Shown here piece after piece: positions 38,599 through 51,289 of a DNA stretch of 64,000 bases. Under the pieces are notes generated by a model. It had not been told where the DNA came from. It saw only the letters and a list, made by a program, of their open reading frames with translations, and did not search any database. Source of the DNA: Octopus sinensis (Eukaryota). Numbering within the stretch: the first letter of the stretch is position 1; each line of letters starts with the position of its first letter. A program made the position numbers and the translations under genes. The DNA lies in contig NC_042998.1 in the NCBI RefSeq assembly GCF_006345805.1, positions 122,512,001 through 122,576,000 of the forward strand, read 5' to 3'.

Positions 38599-39188
38599 CG
38601 TCTCCACCATCCTTTATGTAAATCCCTACACAAATTATCTGATCTTGTGATATCCCCTTCATCTGTGCTCCTGTGGGAGTTCAGCTCAGTATTCAGTACC
38701 ATTCTGACACGTCTATAATATTCTTTCCTGATCGCCTCTTTCATTGACCCACACTGAATTCCTTTCTCTGTAGTTTCTTCTGTTTTTCTTTTTGAATCCT
38801 TTCCTTCAAATACTTATACATCGAAATTGACGGGAGTGACCCTCCTGCTCCTCCTCCTCCTCCTCCTCCTTATTCCCCCCTTTTCCTCCTCCTTTCGTCA
38901 CCGTGACAGGAGAGGTACAAGTACTCCCTAAATTATCCTTCGGCTCCCGCCACATTGATTACCCCTAACGGCTTGTTGTCTTACTGTTCTACAACAGCCT
39001 CCTTTGAAGAAAACCGCAGAACCATCCTTACAGACTAGAGGAAAAGGAGGAAAAACAAGGACAATATGCTCAACCTACCTTCCAAGCAAGCCAGCAACAA
39101 ATATGAACAACCCTCTCCATAAATGTTCGTTCGCGATTCCAAGCCGAGAGTGAGAGAGAGAGATTTTGTTACTAAAATTTATCTTTTA

Positions 39189-39380
39189 TCTTTTACTTTT
39201 TCATTCATTTGACTATGGCCATGCTGGGGCACCGCCTTGAAGAGCTTTAATCGGTTAAATCGACCCCAGGATTATTTTTGTAAAGCCCGGTACTTATTCT
39301 ATCGGTCTTTTTTGCCGAACCGTTAGAATAAGGGGAAGTAAACACACTAACACCGGTTGTCAAGCGGTGATGGGGACAAT
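39189..39380 (-). mobile_element. Second SINE-like family sharing the gata..taagtac..ggggtcgat core
   Basis: Minus strand cggttcggcaaaaagaccgatagaataagtacc..ggggtcgattt resembles the main SINE core. Family assignment is from pattern recognition. Confidence 0.55.
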
Positions 39381-39411
39381 CACAGACATAAAGACAGATA
39401 GACAGATACAG

Positions 39412-39445
<34 letters not shown>

Positions 39446-39599
39446 ACGTATCAGAGGGGACTCCAGGTCATCAGCGTCACATGGGCTCAGCACAGATTTC
39501 GCATAAGACATGTATAAAAGAAGGTAAGAGACATAATGCATACCGTAGACTTATATGTGCACTGATAATTTAACAATAAGACAGAAATATAATTTTAAT

Positions 39600-41290
39600 A
39601 TAAAAATTACTCACTTCATTTATACATGAACTCCAGTCACCTTGGTTTGCTGGCAAACTCGTGTAATATCCTGTCATACAGCTCCTTGACCAAGTCGTTC
39701 AAAATGCTTTTCTCGATGGAAATACGAGCCAGTGAAGACAGCCGTTGTGTTTCTCTGATATGAGTGGATTCTATCCAACATTGAGAAACTTCTCTCATTA
39801 GCGACTGACGTTAAGGGGATGGTCAGCACTAACTTAATTAGGATTCCGGCACAGAGAAAGTCAACTCTAATTTATACAGTAATTCTAAAAAGGAGGTGTC
39901 AGTTGATTTAGTCGGTTTAAAATCACTGTCAATTTACATATATTTTAGCTCATTCTCTAAGCTCTTACGGTCAAAATTACAGGGATACTTGTTTTCTAGG
40001 GAGTCCATATGTTGCACGAGAAATGAGTTAGCAAGCTCTTCAAACTTATTAACGTCTAGTAATTAAAAAAATGCATACTCCTGAATGCCAGAATATCTCT
40101 CTCGTAAGGACATTAGAATTTTATCAATTATTTCAAAATAGGTAGTTTTGTAATTAATTTGTGCATCTCTGGAGGATCGGAATCATCTGCCTGTTCAATG
40201 ACAACAGCTGTATCACGCAGAATGCTTTCATAATGTTCGTCCTTACAATAACCTTCAGCACAATGAATGAAGTCATTTAGTTTAATGTGACCATGCTTTA
40301 TGTCAAGTAGCTTACACTGTAGGATATCAAAGACTTTTCCAGCCTGAAAAAAGTATGTTATGAAAGCAAATGATGAAAAACATGAATGTGAAATCATTCA
40401 GCTTTGCCAATGGATTGTCTGTTTGACAAAGTGCATCTTCATCCCACTTGTCAAGAGAGCCTAGAATACTTGTGAAGGCATTTTTCAAGTTTTCATGCAA
40501 TAGTTTTATGAATGACACATCTTGTTTCGCACAGTGATGGAATACTGACATTAAACTGCCTGAAAACGTTTTTCCGCCTGCTAGTGGAAAATGTAACTTT
40601 ACTAAATGCGCTTAAATGAGAGAAAAATTTTTTTTACTCCACTCAACTTCTCGACACTTTTACTCAAAACTAAGATGAGTTTATGCGCATAGCAGTGATT
40701 GAACTGTGCGTGTTTAAATCCTTTATCCCTTAGCTTGCTTTGTACTCCGTTTAGCGTTCCTGCCGTTAGAGCTGCTCCGTCGTAAGTCTGGTACAGTAAT
40801 TTATCTGTAGCGTCACTGAAAGAGTTCAACGCAGCTGCGATCGCATCAGCCAGTCTTGTAGCTCTTTAATCATCACTGACTTCATAGAATCCAAGAAATT
40901 GTTCACATGTTTTGTCTTCATATACATATCTTATTATGATCGACACTTGGGCAGGCATTGTAGAGTCCGTAGTTTCGTCGGCTTGTACAGACATGGAACT
41001 GTATCAACTTCACTTCTAATTTCATGAGAGATGACATTTCCAATCGCTTGTATTAGATCATTTTGTTTTGTGCTTGAGACTCCAGAAAACTGTTTCGAAG
41101 CAAACATGCCGTCGATTTCAGCAAAGCACTGCAATAGTTCACGGTAATTTCCTCTATTAAGGCTGTGACTTCTTTCATCATCTCCATGGAAAGGCAGCTC
41201 TTGTTTACACAGGTATAACACTGCATTTGTTAACTGCTGTAAATATTGTCAATTTTCTTCAGCTGCTTTGTTATGCCGTTTTTTTTTACC
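39600..41290 (-). pseudogene. Decayed hAT-superfamily transposase (DUF4371/ZMYM-like type)
   Basis: LYLCKQELPFHGDDE..NRGNYRELL, QTYDGAA..NGVQ, HCYAHKL (CxxH), and a SNERSFS-like dimerisation motif near 39780. Many stops and frameshifts. Confidence 0.85.
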
Positions 41291-41316
41291 AGTTTAGCAG
41301 ACTCACTAATAGCTGT

Positions 41317-41432
41317 GAAAGGATGAAAGGCAAAGTCGGCCACGGCGGAATTTGAACTTACAACATAACGAGAGACGAAATACCACTAAGCATTTCTCCC
41401 GACGTTCTAACGATTCTGCCAGCCTCAGCCTT
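41317..41432 (-). mobile_element. Truncated SINE head abutting the hAT remnant
   Basis: ggcagaatcgttagaacg..aagttcaaattccgccg..ctttgcctttcatcctttc. Confidence 0.75.
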
Positions 41433-41433
41433 G

Positions 41434-41465
<32 letters not shown>

Positions 41466-41477
41466 TAATAATAATAA

Positions 41478-41527
<50 letters not shown>

Positions 41528-41542
41528 TTAATAATAATAATA

Positions 41543-41578
<36 letters not shown>

Positions 41579-41586
41579 TGGTGATG

Positions 41587-42147
41587 ATCCATTGGAAGCT
41601 CTGTGGAAATCACGGCACACAAAGAGCAAAGACGCGGTATGAGAAAATCCTAGGCGTCACCGAGAATGAAAATTACAAAATGCTGTGGGTTGCAATGATT
41701 CAGTGTGATCACCTGAGCAGATATCGGAAACCAGATATTGTTATGGTGAAAAGAGAAAAAAAAAGAAAGAAGATGCATGATAATTGATATAGCATGTCCC
41801 GGTGATGACAGGATCAAAGTGAAAGAAGAAGAAAAACTGAACAACTACGACGATTCGAAGTGCGAAATACGAAGGTTGTGGTCAATGAGGTGAGTAGACG
41901 TGATACCAATAGTAATTGGCACACTTAGAAGTATCAGCACTCAACTACCAGCATGGCTCAAAAAGATTGGTACAGATATAAAGGTAGAGCACCTACAAAA
42001 ATCAACATTGCTTGGAACTGTAAGAATTCTTCGCAGGGTTCTTGAAGCACGACCAGTAAATAAGTGTCACCTTAATCTGCTGGCTGTGGACAGCTGACAC
42101 TTTTATCATACCCAACAAAATAAGCGGAGAGTTATTTTTTTTTATCA
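41587..42147 (+). mobile_element. 5'-truncated R4/Dong-like non-LTR retrotransposon (restriction-like endonuclease domain) inside (TAA)n
   Basis: IHWKLCG, ENENYKMLW..IQCDH..RKPDIV, IIDIACPGD, VIPIVIGTL, LQKSTLLGTVRILRRVLE. (AAT)n on both flanks. Confidence 0.85.
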
Positions 42148-42198
<51 letters not shown>

Positions 42199-42289
42199 TT
42201 CTAATCTTGAACCATGATAATAAATGTGTGTTGTGTTTCAAACCCCGATTTTATTGGCATGTTATAAAAGAGATTTCGAGCGAGAAATA

Positions 42290-42508
42290 CAATATAATCT
42301 TTTTTAATATAGGCAGAAGGCCTGAAATTTTTGGGGAGGGGTTAGTCGATTACATCGATCTCAGTGCTCAACTGGTACTTAATTTATCGACCCCGAAAGG
42401 GTGAAAGGCAAAGTCGACCTCGGCGGAATTTGAACCCAGAACGTAAAGACAGACGGACTGCCGCGGAGAATTTGTCCGGCGTGGTAACGATTCTGCCAGC
42501 TCGCCGCC
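42290..42508 (-). mobile_element. tRNA-derived SINE, older-tail subfamily
   Basis: ggcggcgagctggcagaatcgtta .. gggttcaaattccgccgaggtcgac .. caggccttctgcc. Confidence 0.85.
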
Positions 42509-43125
42509 ATAAGGAGAAATACAATATAATGATTTCTTTGAGCCTTCTTCAGGCAAAAGAACTTGAACTCAGATCTGTAACTTGCAAAGAACTCGTTAAA
42601 TTTACGGTTCCTTCTGTTTAAATTTTGTTCTGTGCGAATGAAAGCTTTGAAAAAAGTAGTATAAACGGATAGTAGAAATAATAAAAACATGCTTTTATGA
42701 AGTATTTGTATACAAAATTAGTTAAACTAAATGGCAATGCTAGATATCAGCTAAAAATCGTTACCTATTACATATACACATATATGGGGAAAATAACATC
42801 AGACATCCATTTTTTATGCATTCCTAGTTAAAGTAGAAGGCAGGAAACTATGGAATGACATTTCGTTTTTGGATTTGGTTTGCAAGATTCTTTATATGAG
42901 TTCGTGTGTTGAAGCATATTCTGTTTTGTCTGGGGAGAGTCATTTTCTTTTAGTGCCTTATAATATAACACACTCACCGGTAAAATTTCCACTTTTTTCT
43001 TATTTTTGACTCTCCCCAGACACATCAGAATATTGAATGACAGAATAATTTATGAAAACAGATATCAATCTTGCACGCTACTTCCCCGACTGAAAAGAAA
43101 ATCTGTCATTTACTAATGTGGAATA

Positions 43126-43637
43126 TCTATATATATAAAACTGTAGTTGTGTGAGTGTCTGTCCCCTTCGATTTAGATTCCTAACTACTCCCACATTTTG
43201 CGGTGCAGTTTAACCAAATTCGGGTATCTTATAGTCGTGATTCATATCGAGCCCGTCTGAGTATTAGCGCGCGTCTACGATGAGTCTACGATTTTAAAAA
43301 TAATTTAACATCATTTTTTATTCCATTTTAATGCATAATTTTTCGTGTGTCGATGGCGGCGGAGTTGGCGTCCATGGTCACACTGCACCTGTTTGCTTCT
43401 CCCCCTTCTTCCCTCCCTCGTGAAGCTGTGGGGAAGGGAGTGTAAGGAAATCAACGTCGTAAAGCGTTGTCAAGGAGACCAGCGTTCTTTTAGAACAACG
43501 ACTTCATGGCCTGAAGACACCAAAACAGAAATGGCTAAGAAAGCCCGAATTGGCATCTATAAGGGAAGTAACTCTCTAAAAATGCTTATATAGTTATTTC
43601 CCTTACAAACCCGAGCAACGCCGGGCGATACTGCTAG
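43126..43637 (+). mobile_element. Non-autonomous Helitron (512 bp)
   Basis: 5' A|TCTATATATATAAAA; subterminal hairpin CCCGAGC-AAC-GCCGGG at 43610-43625; 3' CTAG|T. Inserted between A and T with no TSD. Confidence 0.85.
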
Positions 43638-46201
43638 TTATGATATGAAAGTTTAACAAATTAATCAGCAATACAACGACAAAATTGGACAAGATTATTA
43701 AGAGTTGAAATGTGAAACGACGGCATATCACCACAAATAGTTAACCCAATGGAAATGATGAACAAGGATAAAAGGATTCGGTTAATAGTTTATCCAAAAA
43801 ATGCATCACATTAATGTAAAAGATCTAGCTGACTTGGATGAAAAACTGTAGATTTATCTGGACAGCTAATGTAAAATAACCACTAAACAACTAAAGAACA
43901 TTTATAATACCTAAAATATGGAATACAAAGATCCATGGTTTCACCAGTTCTCAGATATAAAAAACAAAAACTATCACGCTCTATCAGAGTATCAGATATT
44001 AACAACCAACAAAATATATTTTGAATCGTAAAAAACGCAGCAGATATATGCGGTATAAGCTTGAAGTTTCAGTTTAACATCCGCAACATTACCATCAAAT
44101 GTCTTTAGCGAAGTTCATTGTTTCAAAAATCCCGGTCTCTTTTTTGAAGGCAGTGATTCTGTTTCCAATCTGGGCAATATATGTGCTGTTTTTTTTTTCC
44201 TGTATAAATTTTCCTCTCCTCCCTCCCCAACTATACTTCTCCCTCTAACTAAAGTGTAACAATATATATTTTTCAATTGTTTAAAGACAAAGCTCGACAA
44301 AGTATGGACCACCATCTGTCTTAAGAATAAAGCCACTGCATATATTCTGGCCAGCAACTGGCATTGTCATTATCGTGAATAACATATGATAATATTAGAC
44401 ACAGCAACACCGTAACATTGTGTTACTACGTGGTTGTTCAGTGAGAAATTGACTGACTTTAGTATACGCCCGGTATTTATATTTCGTAAGGAGTAGAATT
44501 ATGTCAGCCACTAAATACCTTCCATGACATTCTTATATAACAATGCAATTTTTTTTAATATAGAGCCTTCAAATCAGAAATATCAATAAAAAGAAAATAA
44601 TAACAACAATAAGAGGTGAAATATTGCTTGCTTGCATTAAATAGCATAGAAGTATGGGTTCCAGTATTACTTTAGTCACAAGTAGTGGTTTCAACATAAT
44701 GACCTCGAGGGTAATATTAGGATAGATCTTATAGTTCTCTTTTACTATATTAAATGCACACCGTTACTAGTGTGTATGTATGAATGTATGCATGTATGTA
44801 TGTATGTATGTATGTATGTATGTATGTATGTATGTATGTATGTATGTATGTATATAAACAGATATATATATATATATATATGTATACACATGCGTGAATC
44901 CGTATTTACATCGTACGCATACACACCCACACATTAAAATATATATACATATGCATATACACATTTATACATACACATTAACACACAAACACACACACAC
45001 ATACACACACAAACACACACACACAAACAGACACATATTTCAAAGTAATTTCCGCTGTAAGGGTTTAGCTAACATTCAATCGTGGTAATGGAAAATCTTC
45101 CTCTTAATTTTCTTCGGGAACGAAACTACTCTCCACATCAACTTGTTTGAATTACAGGAAAAATAGAATAAAAATGGAAAAAAAAAAAAACCCCACTAAA
45201 ACCAAATCCCCAAACCCAACAACACAAAAACAACTTTGGATTTTCATAGATTCAGCATTTCCATTTCCTCCTTGATTCGACTCTCTCTTAATTTTTATAT
45301 CCAATAGAATTTATATGAACATTTTACGTGAAGTTGAAAAAAAAATTCGTTTTAAAAAACTAAATATAAAGGAAAAGTTTTCCTTAAACATGATAGTAAA
45401 GAAAGAACACTGAAAATCTAAAGTAACGTGAATAAAAGAAAAGAAAACGTTACAAAATAAAAGAATAATTACAAAAAAATTCCCGGCAAAAAGACAAAAT
45501 ATATGAAACTAAGTTTGTTTACTTAACTGTGAACTCCTTTTAACCATCCAAAATATCTTGCTAAGAAACTCTATGGTTCTGCTGTTTGTATATGTTGCCA
45601 TTTACAACAACTAAAAGCTTTAGCATTTACAAATTATACTTTACATGACCAGAGTATTGGAAAGTGTTGCTAAAAGGGCTAAATTCTGGTATTGAAATAA
45701 ATGTTAAACAAACTTATTTAAATTAATGAAACTTGTAATGTTTAAAAGTTTTAAGCTGATCTCGAAGTTAGATGGAAAATCCTCTTTCCTGTATAATCTT
45801 GAAGCAATATATATATATAAAACTCAAGTATAAAAATATACAAATGTGCATGCTTACAATACAGGTTAAATGGCATCAGCAATTAGCGTACCAAAAGAAT
45901 ATATATAAACACATACACATATACGTACATACACAAATACATATATACGTAAATGCATACATGCATAAGTATGTGCATGCGTGACAATACGTGCACGTGT
46001 ATGTATCTCTATAAATATAAGAACAGATTGTCATTATCTATTGAAGAATAAATCATAACAATTAAAACTGATTATTCCCTAACGTTACACCGAAGCGTGT
46101 CAAAATGCTGTTGCGTAAAACTCAGAATGCATAATACATACATACACACACACATACATACATACATACATACATACATACATACATACATACATACATA
46201 C

Positions 46202-46877
46202 AAGAAAAGAGACAGTGAAGCCGTTGGAGCTCCAAGATGTAACCGAAAATGTAGATTATGTCATATTTCTGTGGAAGACATCACACATTTGATTAGCTGC
46301 TGCTCAAAAATTTGATGAAGGTACTACCTACCTATGCGACACGACGTTGTCGCAAAAGCAATGTACAATGCCTTTCAGAAAAAGACTGTCCTGGAATATG
46401 GAGAATCCCTTCTTATTGAATACGTACAGAAATATCAACACTGTCAAGTGTAAGCATAACTTGCCGGATATTGTTGTTTGGGAGTGACAAGAGGTCAGCT
46501 GTCCTGCTGATGTGAATATCTCTGAAAATCAAAGAGAAAGAAGATATGGACAACTGCTTCGAAACCTCCAGATTACAAATTCGGATTACAAATTTACATT
46601 CATACCAAAAATAAATGGTGCACTTGATTTTGTAAGTAAATGCCTAACTGTCAGTCTGGATAAGCTTGGAGTTTCAGGAAAAGAAATCTATCTACTGATT
46701 CGTGTATTACAAATACAATCTATAAGCGGAACTGTAAAGTTATGCATGACTTTTCTCAGGTTTAAAATGTGATATATTTTCGTTATCAACATTCCAACGA
46801 TGGAGTTTTGTATCTTTGTTAGAAAACAGCTCCTTTTTCAAAGGAAGAAATTAAGAAAGTTAAAATACAAAGGAACA
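46202..46877 (+). mobile_element. 5'-truncated RLE-type non-LTR retrotransposon (R4/NeSL-like) inside (TACA)n
   Basis: CCHC-type CRLCHISVEDITHLISCC, RHDVVAK, KHNLPDIVVW..EVSCPAD (PD..E/D) and IPKINGAL. (TACA)n on both flanks. Confidence 0.8.
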
Positions 46878-47107
46878 TTCATACATACATACATACATAC
46901 ATACATACATACATACATACATACATACATACATACATACATACGTACGTCGTACGTACGTAACATACACACACAGTTACCACGTGATCACGTGATCGAC
47001 CAGACTATAGGATGTTGTTATACATCGTGAGCAGATAAATTTCTATAAACATTTTAATATTTACAAATCTATATACATATAAGAGAGAGAGAGAGAGAGC
47101 GAGAAAG

Positions 47108-47138
<31 letters not shown>

Positions 47139-47139
47139 G

Positions 47140-47178
<39 letters not shown>

Positions 47179-47771
47179 TAGAGAGAGAGAGAGAGAGAAT
47201 ATACGTACACTTTTGAGTATATAGATTAGAGGTAAACGTACTCATTTAGAAAAAGCATACAATATAGTTATATAATTGTTATTTTATACAGAGATTGCTT
47301 CTTCGTAACTCGACTCTTATTGCTGACGTCTACAAAATGGTACACGAACACACACAAACACACATACACACATGCTCGCACACACACACACATATACAGA
47401 CACACACATGAATATGTTATTATAATTATATGCACGATTTTTCAGTTTTGCAATATTACTTCATTCCCTCATGATATCTGCAAATTCCAGACAGTCGTTT
47501 ACTACAAAAATATCTTCTGCTTTTGACTCGGTTTTGATACATAGATAATTATGTTGCATATAGTAATGAACAAATAGCGAGTTGAGAGATTCAAGTATTT
47601 TTCCACACAAATATAAAAATACGTGCATAACACTGCTATACACACGCACACATATAAACGCACACATACATACGCACACATATACATAAGTAGAGAACGA
47701 TGGAAATGGTCATGGAATGCGTAAGCAAGTATTATATGGTAAAAATGTTTTGAGATTAGGCAAGTTTTCAG

Positions 47772-47852
47772 GTCCTGGTGAAGAATCTGATATTCATGAT
47801 CTCAGTGAGAGAAATCTCTCTCTTCCAGACAAGGGGAGACAACCCGGAAATG
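47772..47852 (+). other. Candidate internal exon of an unidentified host gene (81 nt, or a 24-nt microexon at 47829-47852)
   Basis: ttttcag|GTCCTG...GGAAATG|gtaagt with a consensus donor; alternative acceptor ctctctcttccag. Both lengths are multiples of 3. No homology recognised. Confidence 0.3.
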
Positions 47853-47871
47853 GTAAGTTGTTGCTATTGTT

Positions 47872-48800
47872 TCTTCTTCTTCTTCTTCTTCTTCTTCTTC
47901 TTCTTCTTCTTCTTCTTCTTCTTCTTCTTCTTCTTCTTCTTCTTCTTCTTCTTCTTCTTCTTCTTCTTCTTCTTCTTCTTCTTCTTCTTCTTCTTCTTTT
48001 TCTTCTAGAAGCATAAGCTCTGATCCAAACTATCGAAAGAGTCGCAGAAGACCAACGTTTTGAGAAGTAAGAACTGGAAGCAGTGATTACTGCAGGTCTT
48101 AGGATGATGAAGATAGATACAGAAAGGGTGATGAACAAAAAGAGAGCCGAAGAGTAGAGGTGGCTTGAGGCCACATATATCTGAAGAACAAGGACCGTAA
48201 TAATGTTTGGTAGAAAATGTTGTGAAAGAGAAAAAGAGGGAGTAAGAGATACAGAGGCAGACAGTAGACTTGTGTGGCAGAGGTTTCAGGGCATAAGTGA
48301 GTGACTATTCCAATAAGCTGCGTGGAATTTACTGATGTTGGGCTCAATGTCTGTGTGTGCCCAGCAGCAGAACCAGCGTCTTAAATGTCAGAGTATATAC
48401 TCTATTATTAAGGGCCTTGGTGAATATCAGTAGGTTTAAAGGAATGAAGTATTTTCTGGACCCGAATTGAAAGACTATTCATTGGGATGCACACCTTGTT
48501 ACGTTAAGAATGTGCTTTCGCAAGGAAAAATCTTTGAAGATTGTGAGGTCCAATATCTGGAGCGGTTGTAAGGATTTTAATTGTGATTAAGTATTGTGGT
48601 TAGCGTTTGTGCGCTTCCAAGCTGTTGTAAAAGACAAAATTGATATATTCCCATAAAAAGATCATAGAATCGGTTTTGGCGTGTGAGGTCTAGTTTGCAA
48701 GTGAAGGAGGCACAGTGAAGGGAAGTTAGAGAAAAGAATGAAGGGAAATGTTGTCTGAGTAAAAGTGGGCGTTGTTTGATGTGATTGCATTAAGTGAATG
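47872..48800 (-). mobile_element. Old L2/Daphne-like LINE 3' remnant with (GAA)n tail (the (CTT)n array at 47872-48005)
   Basis: Degenerate RKHILNVTRCASQ*IVFQFGSRKYFIPLNLL and LKPLPHKSTVCLC resemble L2-group RT C-termini; adjacent trinucleotide tail. Confidence 0.55.
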
Positions 48801-48931
48801 ATATACGTATATAACAAAGAGGGTAAGGGACAAAAACATCGAAACTTCGGTGTATACCCAAGCTAATAACTTCAAGAAGTGAAAGAGCTCCGTCAAGACA
48901 GAGGTGCATACGCACGCACGCACACACGCAT

Positions 48932-49036
<105 letters not shown>

Positions 49037-49165
49037 AATATACGGATTTGCAACTTTCTCAGATTGGACTATCGCAGCGTGTTTATTCAATAGAGATTCA
49101 TAAATACATACATGTATACAGAAGTACAATAACTACAGAGGCAAAATAGAGTTAATCGAGTTAAA

Positions 49166-49765
49166 AAGGCGGCGAGCTGGCAGAATCGTTAGCACGTCGG
49201 GCGAAATGCTTAGCGGTATTTCGGCTGCCGTTACGTTGTGAGTTCAAATTCCGTCGAGGTCGACTTTGCCTTTCATCCTTTCGGGGTCGATAAATTAAGT
49301 ACCAGTTAAGCACTGGGGTCGATATAATCGACTTAATACCTATGTCTGTCCATGTTTGTCCTCTCTATGTTTAGCCCCTTGTGGGTAATAAAAAATAGGT
49401 ATTTCGTCTGCCGTTACGTTCTGAATTCAAATTCCGCCGAGGTCGACTTTGCTTTTCATCCTTTCAGGGTCGATTAAATAAGTACCAGTTACGCACTGGA
49501 GTCGATGTAATCGACTTAATCCGTTTGTCTGTCTTTGTTTGTCCCTTCTATGTTTAGCCCCTTGAGGGAAATAAAGAAATAAGACTCGTTAGCACATAGA
49601 ACAAAACGCTTAACGACATTTCATCCGTTCTTTCACGTTCTGAGTTCAAATTCCGCCGAGATCGATAAAATATGTACCCGTCGCGCACTAAGGTCGATGT
49701 AGTTGACTAAGTCCCTTCCCCCCAAAATTTCAGGCCTTGTGCTTATAGTATAGAAAGGATTATTA
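49166..49765 (+). mobile_element. SINE array: dimer plus an older-subfamily copy
   Basis: Full head at 49166; junction aaaaatag|gtatttcgtctgcc near 49398; third unit with caggccttgtgc tail. Confidence 0.9.
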
Positions 49766-50276
49766 CTCTAGCTGTACATAAGGAGTGTTACCTTATGTAG
49801 CAGTGGTGTTCTCAAATCTTTAGCTGAGAAGAGTCTTTTAATAGCTTTCCATCCCCACTTGAGACCAATTCGCTATGCATCTGTTAATAAAACTCTTGAG
49901 ATAATGTTATCTCTTTCTTTTGTAGTCATTTGTTGCTATTATGCTTTACAAAAAAATTCGATATACTTTACTAAACAAGTTACAAATTTGGGAATCTTCT
50001 CCGTTTTTTTTTTATTGTATTGTGAAAAGAATTACTGATAGTAAATGTTATATAAATATTGATCTTCCACTAAAGAAAAGAAAATTATCAAATGTTAAGT
50101 CATGTTTCTTATCTGTTTTCACATTGATTCTCCTGTAACTAAAGAATCTAATAAGGGTCTACAAGTGGAGGGTAGGCTGAAGATATGAATAAAAAATAAA
50201 CTAATCGTTTGATATGTAACGGTTAAAGGGGTGATAAGTTGAGTTCGAAATTTTTGCTAGTCTGTCTGTCTATCTG

Positions 50277-50359
<83 letters not shown>

Positions 50360-50831
50360 GTCAGTATAATCGCGCACACGTCAAAGAGCGATTTACGCTA
50401 CCAATTCTTAATTTATTAAAATTATGTTGGAGAAAGACAGCAATGTTTAGTGGTACTTACAAGCGATTTTTAAAGAATAACAGAGAGATTTAAAAAACAA
50501 AAATGAAAATCGTTCATGTAAATTTACTTAGGAAGGTGTATTTAACCTGGAGCAGACGGATCAGTGGAGTAAGCTCTTAAATATAGAAAAAGAAAAAAAA
50601 CTTTACTGCGTACGGCATTCATTTACAGTATTTTAAAATTTAATCATTCAAATTTTTGACATTAGTTCCTTCGAGAAGTTTTTCTTAGATCTTGTAAGAA
50701 ATGTTCTTATACAAACTTTTCTTGGCTAAAACATACTTAACACTTTCTCGAGATGTTGTAACCCGCAGGATTGATTTGGCGAGCAATTCTGTACTGAGGT
50801 CACATAGCATAAAACATGTATCAATAGCTGT

Positions 50832-50892
<61 letters not shown>

Positions 50893-51289
50893 TGCGTGTG
50901 CGAGTGTGTGTAAAAGTGTGTGTATGAATGTGTATACGAATGTATGCATGTGTGTGCATGTATGTAAGATCTAACTTTTAAATTAATGGAACTAGAGTTT
51001 TAAAGCGTTTACTTGTTGAACTCTAGACAGAAGTGATTTTTTCGTACTTTTATCTCTTTGTACATAAAATAATAATAGTAGATCGTGTCCACATGTTTCA
51101 CGAATAAGTCTCTCTCAAACTTCTTCCCATGAAGAGAACCTATGACTTACTAAATCAAGTACGAACTTTAATAGCTAGACTAATTTACTAACAATGCGTT
51201 TGTTGGTGGTATGATTAAATAATCTTCTTGTTAATTCAATCCAAACATCGAAGCTTTTGTAAGAAATAGAACAAAGAACCAGTTTTATC

